The translations under genes and the position numbers were made by a program. A model generated the notes under the pieces. That model had not been told where the DNA came from and searched no databases. It saw only the letters and a program-made list of their open reading frames with translations. Below are positions 16,601 through 30,073 of a stretch of DNA of 64,000 nt, one piece after another (the stretch's first letter is position 1; every line of letters begins with the position of its first letter). This DNA comes from Polymyxa betae A26-41 (taxonomy: Eukaryota; Protista; Endomyxa: Phytomyxea), in contig RBZT01000364.1 of assembly GCA_003693705.1 (NCBI GenBank), positions 21,500 through 85,499 of the forward strand, read 5' to 3'.

Positions 16601-18331
16601 GGCCAAACGGAATCTGCTTCTCAACCTGTTTGAACCCTTGTGCTAATTGCTTCCATCCAAATGACAAAGATCTAGGTGCAGGCTAGCGTAGGATGGCGCT
16701 CGGATCCGGAATTCGTTGCCTTATTAAATAACTCAAGTAAGCCTCGATTTGCTGTGCACCATTTATATATCAGCTCTATCGAACTCAGGTTGGTTGTGAT
16801 ATCTGGCTATTTCTTAGTATTTCTTGTTATATTGACTGTCAGATTGACGTATTCCGGGTCTCGGCCGTATTTAGCCTGCCAGTCCTTACCGATCACGCTT
16901 GCCGCTTTGGAGCTATCGTCGGTTCTATCTCCTACTGACCGTCTGATCAAGGAGCTTTCTGCGAATTATCTCGCCGTAATTCTTCTTCGTTCTCATATAA
17001 TCTCCTCTAAAGTACAATCAGGATGTGATCATGATTGCACCAGTTCTGTTCGGCTCAATGGATTTGTTGGGAAACCCAACGCAGCTCATTAGCAGCATAT
17101 CTCGAGGTATTGGAGATCTTGTCAGATTGCCAACTCGTGCCTTGACTCAAGGTAGCCTCTACGGAACTGTTCATGGCATTTATTCTCAGCATTCTTAGGG
17201 CCAAGGGCTTTAGTTTGGGCTACCTTGCAGGGTGTCGGATCACTGCTTCATAATATGAGCGAAGGAACTTTGACTTCAGTTAGCGGATTTGCCCACAGTT
17301 TGGCTCGGAATGTGGGTGGAGTTTCGCCTGATCACTACCATCTTTTTCAAACAAATCGCAATTCAGCAGCTGTAAATCAGTTTCTGACTGCACTGCTCGT
17401 TGTGCTAACCTGGTTCAGATTCATCAACGTGGGATCTCGACAGGGCTGGTTAATGGCGCCACCAGTCTTGCTACGGGCTTGGTATTAGGCGTAACAGGTT
17501 AATACACGAATTCTCCATCCATGCTTATCATGTGAGACTAACGCATGCTGACAGGAGTTGTCAGTGCACCCATACGTGGAGTTGCCCGCCAAGTAGGTTT
17601 ATTAATTTAAACATTTTAAGGTAATTAATGTATATAGGGTACATGGGGATTTGTAAAAGGCGTGGGTGCTGGGCTAGCTGGCCTAATCACAAAGGTAAGA
17701 TTTGAGTGGTCTCAATCTGACCTTATAATGATTATTAGCCCGTTTCTGGAGCGTTGGATATGGTTAGTGAAACTAGCCGAGGAATAGCTGCTAGTGCTGG
17801 TCTGTCACCAACCTTTCCTGCGCTTAAGTACCAGCAAGAGCCAACTGCTCATGTAAATCATCTGTTGATCTGATATTGACGGATTGTGATTGTATATAGG
17901 ACGATATCTTTGGCCAAATTTCAACTCTACGTTTGAAAGCAATATCGCAGAATATGCAGGAGAGCTACAGAAAACACATTTACGCCAATAGCGTCCTTGA
18001 TGCAGGTTCTTATTATATTATTGTATTATTATGCTTTCTGTGATTATCACCATTCGTTTGTTTCATAGCTGTCTTACATCGCTTATTTGAATCTTTAGAT
18101 GGAGCATTGTTATACGAACGTGCGTTGATTGTTTGCACGCATGCAACAATGCATATAATAGCTCCTGGATCGGACCGGGTTGTACAATCTTTGGCATATA
18201 ACCAGGTTCAAGTGAATTTCTCGGGTTCTCACTCTGTTGAAGTTAGACATAAGGGAGACGTTTTGTTTCATTTCAAGACAGACCATACGACCAGACAGTC
18301 GTTCGTCAATTGTATATGCCAGAGTCTTTAG
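10602..18331 (+). CDS. VPS13B: VPS13B-like lipid transfer protein, C-terminal half (RBG repeats, VPS13B-type insert, VAB/SHR-BD repeats, ATG_C, PH); start codon tentative
   Basis: HDDLR...P...IAWCYLTSRCITHV (VPS13B-type insert); VAB-like LRNDIGVPIQYRQ, VTNQTESNLFVR and LHNRCPFPIFVR; C-terminal FGSMDLLGNPTQLISSISRGIGDLVRLP, GVGSLLHNMSEGTLTSVSGFAHSLARN, GVGAGLAGLITK; terminal PH-like exon ending at 18331. No Chorein_N on this strand. Confidence 0.85.
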
Positions 18332-18485
18332 CACAAATGGAATGCATAATGGCTGAAAACAGGACGATGACCACAGTTTATGCATCCATTTGAAGGTTTG
18401 ATATGAAGTCTCGTCTACACGGAGCAATAAATCGCCTGATAGCGGTTGCTTTGTGGTTAATGCTTAATGCCATTGTTTAATTCAT

Positions 18486-20949
18486 TTATACTGCCTCAGC
18501 TGTCCGTTCCAGTATCACTTTCACATCAGACTCGGAATGCTCCAAAGCGAGAGCATAGATATCTGAATAATTACTGGCATAGTGAACACAGATCTCGCCT
18601 TTCACATAGTTAGGCAGCTCTTCAAACTCGGCCTTGTTTTCTGCTGGAAGGACAATATCAGTACAACCAGACCGTCGAGCTGCCATGACTTTCTCTCGAA
18701 CGCCTCCGATTCGTAATACTTTCCCGGTTAAAGTCACTTCACCAGTCATGGCTAAATTGTTGGTGACTGGGCGGTTCAAAGCCAAAGACAATAAAGATGT
18801 GACCATTGCACAACCGGCGCTTGGTCCGTCTTTCGGGGTCCCACCGCATGGTACATGCATGTGAATGGCACATGTGTCCAGCACCGAATTTTCAGGGTCG
18901 ATTTTGGCTAAAAATGCCTTTGCGTATGACAATGCAATATTTGAAGATTCGGTCATGACTTCACCCAAGTGTCCAGTAGTCTTTAGCGACGCCGAACCTT
19001 TGCTTGCGATGCTTTCGATATATAGTGTTTGCCCACCATGAGACGTATATGCCAATCCCATAACAACTCCAGGAGGTGTTCTGTCATGATAACGATCGCT
19101 CATGTAAACAGGTAAGCCTACGTAATCGCAAAGATTCTCAGGAGTTATCACGATTTTCTCTTTGAACTCTGCAGCGACCTGCAATGTCACTTTTCGGAAA
19201 ATCTTATCGAGGTGCTGGCGAAGATTACGAACACCCGCCTCCCTGCAGTATCCTCGAATTAAAACACCAAGCGCTTCCTCAGTGATTTCTGCCTTTTCGT
19301 CCGTGAGGCCGCAATCGGTGAGTGCCCGAGGCACCAAATACTTTTGAGCAATGGCAATCTTTTCTTCCGTTACATAACCAGAAAGCGAAATGACCTCCAT
19401 TCGGTCCAACAACGGCCGAGGGATCGTTTCCAGAGTGTTGGCGGTCACTAGAAACAGAACTTTGCTGACATCAAAGGGAACGTCCAGATAATGGTCCAAA
19501 AACGAATTGTTCTGCTCTGGATCTAACACCTATAAACATGTTAGCAAAAATAGCATTCCAAAAAGACAATAACTCTACCTCAAGCAAAGCTGATCCGGGG
19601 TCTCCGTTAACGCCCCTTCCAACTTTATCGATTTCATCGATAAGCAAAACAGGATTGCTAGTCTGCGTCACTTTCAAAGCCTGGATAAGCTTTCCAGGCA
19701 TGGCGCCGACATAAGTTCTTCGGTGCCCTTTGATCTCAGCAACATCGGTCATACCGCCAACAGAGAACCGGAAGAATTTCCGATCGAGGGCTCGGGCGAT
19801 CGACTTTCCAATACTCGTCTTTCCAGTGCCTGGTGGACCAACCAGACACAGAATCTTGCCATTGACGGTACCTTTCAAGCTGCCGACAGCAATCAGCTCC
19901 ATGATGCGCTCTTTAACGTCGTCCAAACCAAAATGGTCGTCGTTCAGGACTTGCCGAGCTTTATCCAGATTGAAATTCTCAGGTGTAGAGACACCCCAGG
20001 GTAAGATAGTAAGCCAATCCAGATAATTTCTCGTGACAGCGAATTCAGACGATGAAGGCTCTAGCCCGCTCAACTTAGCACATTCCTCGTTGATCGTGCT
20101 CTGGACGGGTTCAGGGATTTGTCGAGTGCCGCATCGAGCTTGGAATTTTGATAGCAGGACGTCTTTCTCGTCTGTCTCCATGCCGAGCTCCTTCTTGATC
20201 GATTTCAATTGCTCCATCAGCACGAAACGTCGGTGGGTTTTGTTGCCGCCCGGGTCCATTTGGCGATGCAATTGCGATTGTACCTCTCCATAAGCGATCT
20301 CCTTCCTTAGCAATTGCAAAGTTAATTTCATTCGCTCGGGAATCGAAGTGCATTCGAGCACTGCTTGTGCAGCGGCATTGTCTACATTGGTAATCAGACC
20401 AGCAACACAGTCGGCCAGATCGCCGGGATTGGAGACGTCGACTTGCTCGACAATGGTGGAAAATTGCTCCTTAAAGACCGGGCGAAGTTTCAGAATCTCT
20501 TTGCAGGCCAAGACGATTTCGTTAGTCAACGCGGTTAAATCTTCAGTGTATGCTTCGTCGGCAATCGTTTCCACAGCAACCTGAAATGGGTCGGTGGCAA
20601 CAGCTTCAGTTGCATAAATTCTATTCAAGCCGATAACGACGACTTGCGATTGCCCTTGCTTATGAGGAAACACGCGAAGCACCTGGGCTAACAGCCCGGT
20701 CTGATGAATATGCTCGATTTTGTTAAAGGAGCAATCGTTCGAGACGTCTTTCGACATAAACAGGCCTACATTCATGGGCAGGCCGTCGCGAAGTACTTGC
20801 AAGGTCGAAGCGAACTTTTCGTTCGGTACTACAATCGGGGCAACAATCCCTGGGAAGATCGGCCTGCGATACAGCGGCAGTGCCAGCAGCGACGGCGGCG
20901 TCACGAGTCCGCCAAATCGCCGCCTTTGGATCAGCCTCGAGACAGTCAT
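18486..20949 (-). CDS. LONP1: Mitochondrial Lon protease (LONP1/PIM1); one intron 19530-19578
   Basis: Arg-rich presequence MTVSRLIQRRRF, LON-N domain, Walker A GPPGTGKTS, LIDEIDK, catalytic PKDGPSAG and IGGVREK. Confidence 0.95.
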
Positions 20950-21350
20950 TGCAACCACGATTGTTTATGACGATAACAGCATGAGGACCCACAGACTGTC
21001 AGGACAATGCCTGTCCAGCAACAGTCACATCCGTCATGATTGGGCACGAGGCGCAGCCAGCATCACTGACCTGAATACGGGCGCGGCCTTCATCGCCACT
21101 CTGAGACAGCACCCTTCTGCCTTCTATTCGGTTCTGGAATCGACGCGTGATATCGAACAATATCTCGTTCTATAAGCGCTTCCAATTTACAATCACAGCT
21201 GAATTACCAGCTAAAATTATAAAGTACTTACCCAGAGATCGAGTTTGCATTGAAGGAAGATTCATAAAGCTGTCTTAAAATTAGCAAATTCCGATTTATT
21301 GAACGGAGATCTGGTTTTTGTATAGTATAAATGAGAGGGCATAAACACAT

Positions 21351-21887
21351 TTACTGAGAAACGGCCTTGAACGAAACGATCATGCGGATCCAAACAGCAG
21401 TGTTGGGATCGACACCTTCAGGGGCCTGCAAGACTGTGACGAGAACGTCCTTGTCACCAGCGGCGAAAGCCTCCTGAATGCCATTGGACATTTCTTCGTC
21501 TTCCGGCAATTTAACGTCCTCGATGGGGTTACCATCTTCATCCATGATGTGGACGAAGCCATCGGCAACATCGATGACCTGGAATTCAGTCTTTGTGACA
21601 ATGGGGACCGAGACGTTGTGGGAAGTAGGAGTCATATCTTCATACTTCTTGTTGGTCAGCACATCAACACCAACGATGTTCATCTTGGCGTGTCCGTGCT
21701 TGCCGGTCTTCGAGGTCGACATCGACATAATCTACATACGTCGGTTAAAAACGATATCGAAGGGAGTCCGGGCCGTACTGACTTTGCATGGGTGGCCCTT
21801 GATTTGGATGTATCCTCCCTTCTTCAAGCCGCCCGCCTTCAGCGGCGTCATCTTGGCCGCATTCTCGCCCGCTTCGACGTCGCCCAT
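21351..21887 (-). CDS. EIF5A: Translation factor eIF5A; intron 21732-21782
   Basis: Hypusine motif [12 protein letters not shown]. Exon 1 reads [35 protein letters not shown]. Confidence 0.97.
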
Positions 21888-22712
21888 GATTTATAAAGAC
21901 GACGATCGGGTTTGAATCGGGAACTACAAGTCCGTTACGCAGTCCGAGTTGTTATGGGGCCCAGTACGAAGGTATTGCGACGCCCCTATTATCGGCAAGT
22001 CTCGACGCTTCCGGGAAAGGAGTGGCGACTGTCGTTCGTCGAGTTTTCCGACAGACACCCGAGGCAGGCGCCGATGTAAGCACCTTTGAAGGATCCGCTA
22101 CCTCCGACTTGGCGCGATTAGAACAAATCTCTTTAATCCACTTTCAATCTGTTATCCGAAATTGGTGAATTGTTCGGACGTTTTCGTTGTGCTTTTTGCC
22201 TCAATGTTTTAACGAACAACAGCAACTCAAAGCCTATGTCATAAAAAAGGTTTTAAATCAGACGTATATGCAGTCGCCATGTCGACTCTTGCATTTTGCG
22301 TCCTCACATTGCTTTTTATCTATTACGCCTCGAATACAATCAGATTTAGTGGGCAATCAAGTATAGCTAGTACGTCATACTGTTAGAAAAACGAGTCCAA
22401 AAAGGACCGAGTAATCTTTAGCAGACTTGCAATAAAACGAAATCGTGACGCTTTGCAGGAATGATAAATAAAGTGTAAATATGCAGGAATAACATACTTC
22501 ATCTTGAATCTGTCAGAATTTGCTGTCGACCGTTATTTTACGGAAAATGTCGATCAGAAGCTGAGTCTAAACATATACTTATTTTGCTAAAGTATATTAG
22601 GGATTGACGTCGATTGAAATATTATGTTAGTATGGAAACATGATTAGAGAAAAAAAATGCTATATACATAGGCGCTTCGTAGAGATGGATGATTTGGAAA
22701 GCCATCTGAAGG

Positions 22713-23230
22713 CTACCTCGACATCTTCAACGCATTCTTGTTGGGCTTCGAAGACCTCCTTCGTACAGCATCACTGGGTCGCCTTCTTTTACTTGGCAAT
22801 ACACACTCCTGCGGGCTTATGCTACGACTTCGCCGTTTCTTTGGCTTATCGCCGAGAACGTTGAGCATCTCTTCTGCTTCATCGCTAACATTGTCAATCT
22901 ACAACATAGCAGCCACCATGAAATATCCTGGACCACCATCGCAAGCATAACTCGAACCTGGTCTAGTGTTTGATATAAACGCTCTACGATCAAACGAGGC
23001 TCTTGCTCGATCTGCATGATATGTTCTTTTAAGCGAAGCGCAAGCAGTGCTTCTTCGTACCGGAGATGGCCAGTGATCATAACCTGCTCGACCTCATCAT
23101 GATCAACATGCTTCAATGGCAGAACGGCCATCATATCGCAGATCTGTGCAGGAGTTAGGGAATATTGAGACGCACGGGCCTGGAACAACGCCACGGCCTG
23201 CGACAGACCAGAATCGTCAGAATCTGACAT
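22713..23230 (-). CDS. Hypothetical protein with basic, NLS-like C-terminus (two exons)
   Basis: Helical ORF MSDSDDSGL...YQTLDQ spliced through a GT-AG intron to IDNVSDEAEEMLNVLGDKPKKRRSRSISP...KMSR*. Confidence 0.55.
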
Positions 23231-23796
23231 CGAGGACAGGAATGAATCCTAAATGGGATAGAATCGTCACAGAATGGTCAATGACAGAATTGATGGAAGG
23301 ATGGCAACCTCCAATTAGATGAGTCGGGTGCGTGGGCCGCGCCCCAACCAACACAAGTGGGCTCGTCGACAATTCAGCCGGGACTTTGGCACGTGGCAGC
23401 GTATGGCCGCCGATTGGCTTAAAGATACTGTCCTAAGAAATCCGCTTCACAATTTATCGCGGTCGCTTTGATCATATGGGGTCGATCGGTCGTCTACCTT
23501 CGATTGTCAAGTGTGGTTTCTGATCGGTACGGTTTCAGGGTTGCCTTACAGTCTCTTGCTTTTACCGTACGTCGAACATTACGTTCAAGTTGTAGCGAGA
23601 TCCTGTTTACTCTGCATCACTGGTTGATGGTCACGAGTAGCTTTTGTCTCTACGCTTTCTTTGCAGTTGGTCAGTCTCACGTTAGATTTTATTATATTAC
23701 TTGCGTTGAGCTGAACGCATCCACACAAAAGTGTCCCGTTCAATCTTCATTCATAATTACTATAACCAAACTGCCCAAAGAGAGTTTCTTTCTGTG

Positions 23797-24503
23797 ATTG
23801 ATCCTGAGCGGGAATTAATCACGTGAAGTTCATCATCTTGAGTGCTGATACCGCCCTGTAAAATGGATGTAAATAGTAACATAAAGGGACGGCAATCCAT
23901 TCATACCAGTAGCAGAGATTTCAAATCCCGAAGTTGTTGTTGCTTCGAACGATTTACAACCATCCATGTTCACCTTTTTGTCTACGATTAAGTACCAAGA
24001 AAGAACCTTCAAAAACAATTACCAGTATGTCCCCCATGAGTTCCGAACAGTCTAATTGTAACTTGTCAACGAAATCCACACAAGATATTGGGTAGTAGGA
24101 GCTCCTATAGTGACCATGTGTGTCCTATAAGCCAGGTGCTTAGGAGATAGCACAGCCTGTTGATACTTGATGAAAATCAACGAACTACATCCTTTAAATG
24201 ATGTGGCGTTACGCTTAATATGTTTCTCTCTTCATTGTTGAATTTGCTGGTTGAGATCCTTTGGGCGATACGTATTCGGTCAAATCAGCCATCGGATCAT
24301 TTCATGCGGTCGGGCGCTTCTCACAACTGCCAAATTAACCCAACCTTTGGAACAGCAAACCTTTGACCAGGGCTGACTCTCGAAAACTTTTGACCGGGCA
24401 TCTCTCTGATCTCTTTTGGCCGACGCCGATTTGAAACTATCCTTGTGGTTATCATGGCCAGGAAATTCATAATATCCAGGACAACAAGCCTTAGAGACAC
24501 CAT
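23797..24503 (-). pseudogene. Decayed tandem duplicate of the adjacent cathepsin Z gene
   Basis: Homologous signal peptide (MVSLRLVVL vs MTSLWLVVL), RPHEM, KDLNQ, IKRNAT, RNSWG and the 3' tail gatgaactt/ccatgt..attcccgctcagga. It has stops and frameshifts and lacks the QYCGSCWAH catalytic region. Confidence 0.85.
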
Positions 24504-25266
24504 CGTTTGAGTTGATACCAGAATAAGCCAGATTCATTGACCCAATGTGGTCGCGGATAACAGCCAATGTAAAACGTTATGACTTGAAGGAAGCCTGCCT
24601 CTTAACGCCAGCCATGCCCAGAGTGGCCCAATTGACCGGTCTATGATAAACTGAGAGGCTCCTTCAATACTTTGGAAACATTTCGGCCTCAGGCTATAGA
24701 GGGGTTCGATCGTTTCCAGGGGATCCCATTCCTCAACGTTGCAACTAGACTGCTACTCTGCAACAGCAGGCGGCGATCAAGCGATGTTTCATCTTGTTTG
24801 CATAACTGGAGTAGCCCTGATTGCTGATGATCATGGTGAGCAGCACGCTCCATCATGCATATTGCCAAAACCCTGGATTTGGCTTCTGTAGAACCTTTTG
24901 TGAAACGAGTCTGCTCAATTTGGTTAGGGTTACTTGGATTGTAGGGATCGACCGTGTTTGTACCTTCAACTGGTGAGTCGTCTGTTAGGTAAAGTGCAAA
25001 CACAATCTCTTGCTGTAAGCTGAGCGTACATCGGCTCATTCTCATTACTTGTGATGAGCCCGAGTTGTGTGTATCCCAGTTGGTGCCTATACGCTTGTAT
25101 TGCCAACAATACGTAGATACTTATATCAAAGCGATTGTTGGTCGGCATGATTATCAACTCCTAACGCCCATCGCTTACCGTAAATTGGAAAAACGTTCAA
25201 TACATGAAAGTATCCGGTTTAATTATACTATAATCAAACGACTCAGGCAGCCTTTAATTCTTTCTG

Positions 25267-26695
25267 TTATTGGTCCTGAGCGGGAATAACGACATGGAGT
25301 TCGTCATCTTTCTGGAGAGTTGGAGTCGCCCTGTAAACGGATGCAATTAGTAACACAAAAGAGCGACAGTCCTCACATACCAGTTACATCCAGACTCGAT
25401 AACAGCGTTATTTTTACCTCGAACGATTCGGAACCATCCGTGTTCTCCCCTAAACCAACGATTAATAAACGTTCAGAAGTATAGCAAAGTAGTACCAGTA
25501 TGTTCCCCATGAGTTCCTACCAATCTAGCAGATTTGTCAAAATAAACTCAAAATGGATCCGCTACTGCAACCTACCCAATACTTCGTGTCGGTCTTGTGA
25601 TCGTAACCCCATCCGGCAATTGATATAATGTGATTAGCTTCTTGGAACTGATCTATAGTAAGAAGATAAATTGGCAGAACAACTCTTAAATCAAGAACAC
25701 AGACCAGGAGCGTTGACGATGCCTCCGGTGTAGTCTTCTAAAGCATTAGCGTCAATCTGGCAAGCAATCGGACCACGGGCGTAGATTTCTGCCATCTGAC
25801 AATTGTTAGATGCAGGAAATAGTCGGTTTAGTAACTACCATCTCCTGCTCTCCGTGCGCTTCGCCATACTCTTCAACAAACCATTTTGGATAATCCTTGA
25901 CAGGGAAGCAGATACCGGAATCTGGGCTGCAATTTCGGCATTCTATGGTTGGTCAGCGCAAATGGAAACACTTCAAATAAAGCTCGATTACGATCCATGG
26001 GATTACACTCGTCGTCTCGGGCTTTATATTGTTGGCACGTATCTTCAGGAATACCATTATCGTGAACCCATTCCTGAATCATTTAAGCACATAGCAAAGT
26101 GAGCACAGGAGGTATTTACGTAAGCACCACCGCCATCACCTCCGTTGCATGAACCGGCAACATCAGTACCACAGTTCAAAAGAACTTGGATAGACAGATT
26201 GACTGCAGCAAATCAGCATCCAGATGTCACATTCTGAGACAATAGCCTCGTCATTACTCTCAGGGAAAGTAGCGTTACGCTTAATCTTGATTCTGTCAGC
26301 AAGCGCAGACAATGTTCCATGAGCCCAGCATGAGCCCTAAAAATGATCGCAAAACAACAGCTTTACATGATCGTGTGGACCTACACAGTATTGAGGAATA
26401 TGCTGGTTGAGATCCTTTGTACAATAATTCACACCCGAAACATTACGCCAATCAAAATGCTCGGGCAAATCATCCATCGATAACATCTCATGCGGTCGGG
26501 TGTTTTTTACAACTGCCAACAATTAAAAATTAGTGCCGACCAGAAAGCAAACGAGACCAGGAACTAACCTTCAAAAGTTCTGCGACCGGGCATCGTCCTG
26601 ATCTCGCTGCGTCGAGGACGATTGGATGAAAATCCTGTTGTTACCGTGGCCAAGATAGCTACATTAACCAGGACAACAAGCCATAGAGACGTCAT
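25267..26695 (-). CDS. CTSZ: Cathepsin Z/X-like papain-family cysteine protease, secreted or lysosomal (multi-exon)
   Basis: Signal peptide, short propeptide, [25 protein letters not shown] (the HIP insertion typical of cathepsin Z), [36 protein letters not shown]. Confidence 0.92.
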
Positions 26696-27592
26696 CTTTG
26701 CCAATGCAACTAAGAATGGACCAGGTCAAAAAGAGCCGACTCGGTTCCGGCTAGCACCCAAAGTGAAACGTTATGTCGCCAAGGGGTTGCTCCTCGACGT
26801 TAGCCAACGCCGCCCTGAATTGCCCTTTCATGGACTGATTCTGTTACATTGGTGACGATCCTTCAAGACATTCGGCCTAAACGTTTACAAGATTCGACTC
26901 ATGGCAATCAGGATATTCTATATCTGTGTTTTTTTCCTACAAAAGTGCAACTGTAGACTGCGATAAACGACCTTTCCATGCTGTTCACCTGGTTGCAGCA
27001 GCCATCAAGAGAACTGATCATGGTAAGCGTGATCAGGAGTGTCGTCCAATTGCTGAATAGGCTTCTGCTTGGAGCTATTGTGGGTTCCAAGATAAAAGTT
27101 TTCAAGCGAACGTAAAGCTCCTCAATCTCACATCAAGAAGTAGCTGCTCATTTTAGAATGTGATGGTAAATTCGATGTTGAAATTTGCAAAAGTTAAAAA
27201 AATGAAACAATCAATGCATGTGTATCGCCAGACTAAGTGAAGTAACAGTATCGATTTGATTCAGTTTCTTAATCGTTTTCCGGAATCTCATTCGTTTGCT
27301 GTCGTAGATGCCAGAGATGTTTTAAGAGCTTCCTTGACAGCTCATTCTGATGAGTTGCTTAATCTATAAAAAAGTTTGGTAATTGTAGTTTATAGACTAA
27401 AAACCAATCCGAAGTGAGAAATTGGCTTTACTACAAAGCCACCAGATGATCTTATCATCCTTCACTCTATTATCTGTATCGCCCAGCCATGCTATTTACG
27501 TCTAAGCTCGCTGGAGGCTGGCAGGTACCTGCTACGGAGATGTAGTCGGTGGCCCAGCCACCCCATCTGGGATTGAGGGGCCACCCCGAGCT

Positions 27593-29812
27593 ATGGATGT
27601 CCCATGGCAGTCCTCATGTAATCTGTCTCCAGACGATGATCTCATCGAGTATTCGGTGAAGCGCTGGGCCCCATTCATATGTCGGGAGCAGCGTCGCATC
27701 GTCTCGATCTCGACCGATGACATCCTCCATGAGTACGCCCGGCGCCTGACCAAGCCGGTGTCGGAAATCATCGACAGGTATCGCAAGATTCATAACAGCC
27801 GTCGTCGTCATCGCCCTAAACGTGGTCTTTCGATGATATGGAATGTCAATACGAACCGCCCTCGTGTTGTCTTTTATTGGACCAATGGACGCTCCCATTT
27901 CTGGTGCTGCGATCCGCTACAGCTCTGCCCAGCTCGATTCTTAGGCGATTATAGAAAGCCTTCAAAAGAAACCTTCGAGGACATGGTCAACTATTCGCTC
28001 AACGTATTAAGCTACTTCGACCCGAGCCCCGTCATCGAAGGCGCTCGCCATCGGCCGGCACCAGAATATCTCGTGGCTCTCTACGACGATGAAGATTCCA
28101 GCGCCAGCGAAGAAACCTTCCGACCTTCATTGCCGACATCGTCACGAACGCCTTCGCCTGCACCGTCGACTATGGACGATCCGATCATCCCATATCGCCC
28201 TGACGAGACAGACGAATCATCGTCTGATATTGATTTATTAGATTCAGACGAGGATAAAAATGACATTCCTGAGCGACCACAACCTTTAGATCTTCAACAA
28301 AGCGAGAACGTCCTCCCAGATGCCGCCACTGCTTCTACGCAAACGCCAGTGAGAACACGAAATTTCGACGACATCGTCTTCGACAATTCCGATATTGATA
28401 ACGTAATCGCCACGATTCAGGGTGTGAAGCCCATGACCGGCAACGATCTTCTTCAAACGGTGCAAACCATTCGCCATCGATCGATCTTCTCTCCGGCCGC
28501 TTCGTTTTACTCGCCATTGATTCCAGGCAACATCACGTTCCCTGCCAATGTTCGCCCTGTCCCTATCATGTTCGACATCCCGCGTCCTATACAGCCCACT
28601 AGATTCCATGCCGAAACGCAGACCGACAACGAGCTCAGCCAATCCTCGATCGAGGTGGCCCCGACTCAAGACCAGCCGTTGGTTTCTTCTGATACCACAA
28701 CGGATGCGATCCAGTTACCGGATGAAGAGGCTCCAGCTCAGTCGGAAGCTCCGGTCTGTGCTGATAATACCATCAATGTGGTGCACTCGCCGGTAGTTAC
28801 AGGTCCCGATGAAAGCCAGCCTCTGATCTCTTCTGGTGACGCCGTGGCTGCTCTACGATCGTCCGATGAGATGGCCCGTGTCCAAGATGAGCCGTTGACG
28901 TGCTCTGACTGCCAGATGGAGACGGAACCAACGGCTTTGCCGTCGCAATTGAAGGGCGAGCATTTGATGACGCAGTCGGATGAACCGGATTCGCAATCGT
29001 CGCCGTCATCGTTCTGGCGTCAGCATTTCCCGTACATTCTGCATTTCTGCACCAAGTCGGCCGATGTGTTCGAATTTGGCAGCAAATTCGAGTCCTATAT
29101 TCGTTTCGATTACGAGGATATCAGCGGATCCCCTCGTCAGGTCGTTGCGATTGCCATGAGTACACTAGCGCCTTCCATTCTTGTTAAATGGATATGCAAT
29201 CAATCATTGATTGAAGGTGATGCATGTTTAACCTCGCTCTCTCGCACCTTGCTAATGGTTTGAACAGCGCCGTTTGCTTCCACATGCAAGCAGCAGTACG
29301 CCTTGGTACCGTTCGCTGAAAACCAGGGAATCTGTCTATGCTTGAATGAATCTGCCTGGCAGGAGTTCGGACACGCTGCGCTTCTCGAGGCCATTCGTAG
29401 GAAGCCGGAATTAACGGGTCCTGATGAGACGCTGGCTGAAGCCTGGAGCTCTGTCTGTAAACGCTATCTCGAAAATATGCAAAAGAGCTATTCGATTGAA
29501 CGATTTCATGACGACATCATAGACGCGTTGACCCACGAGGAAACCCGATCTGATAATGCAAACTTGGTTCCAATTCCGACACAGACAAGGGCTTCTGGTG
29601 ATTCCGAGAAAATCGAAATGCTGCCGCTATCAGATCTGTTTAATGTCCCTACGCAGCCGAAATCGACAGAAATAGAAGCTCCTGCTGCTGATTTTCAATC
29701 GCAAGCTCTAGGCCACGAGATCAGAGAAGAATCACAACCGATTGTTGGTGATGGCATTTCGCAGACTCTCAACTATCTTCTGGATAACGTGGCCTCACAG
29801 TTAGCAGCATAA
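27593..29812 (+). CDS. Hypothetical protein with a long acidic Pro/Ser/Thr-rich disordered middle
   Basis: 556-codon ORF joined by a short GT-AG intron (about 29258-29290) to a second exon of about 170 codons. No recognisable domain. Confidence 0.7.
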
Positions 29813-30073
29813 CGTTTTTTATTAATATCCATAATTAATTCACTGTTTCACTTTCAACTTCTCGCCAAAAGCAGAGCCTGCTTTCTGAATTCTCTTTGCA
29901 AATATGAAATGTTGTGTTTCAATTTTGAATGACTAACTTTCTGAGTTTGCCCTTGACTTAGAAAATTTTCATTGTCCAATATTAGCGTCCAAGAGCTCGT
30001 CACCTAAAAGCAACAGTGACTCAACTGAGGAATCCATTTCTATAATTTCTTCAAGTTATTCAGTATATGTTCT

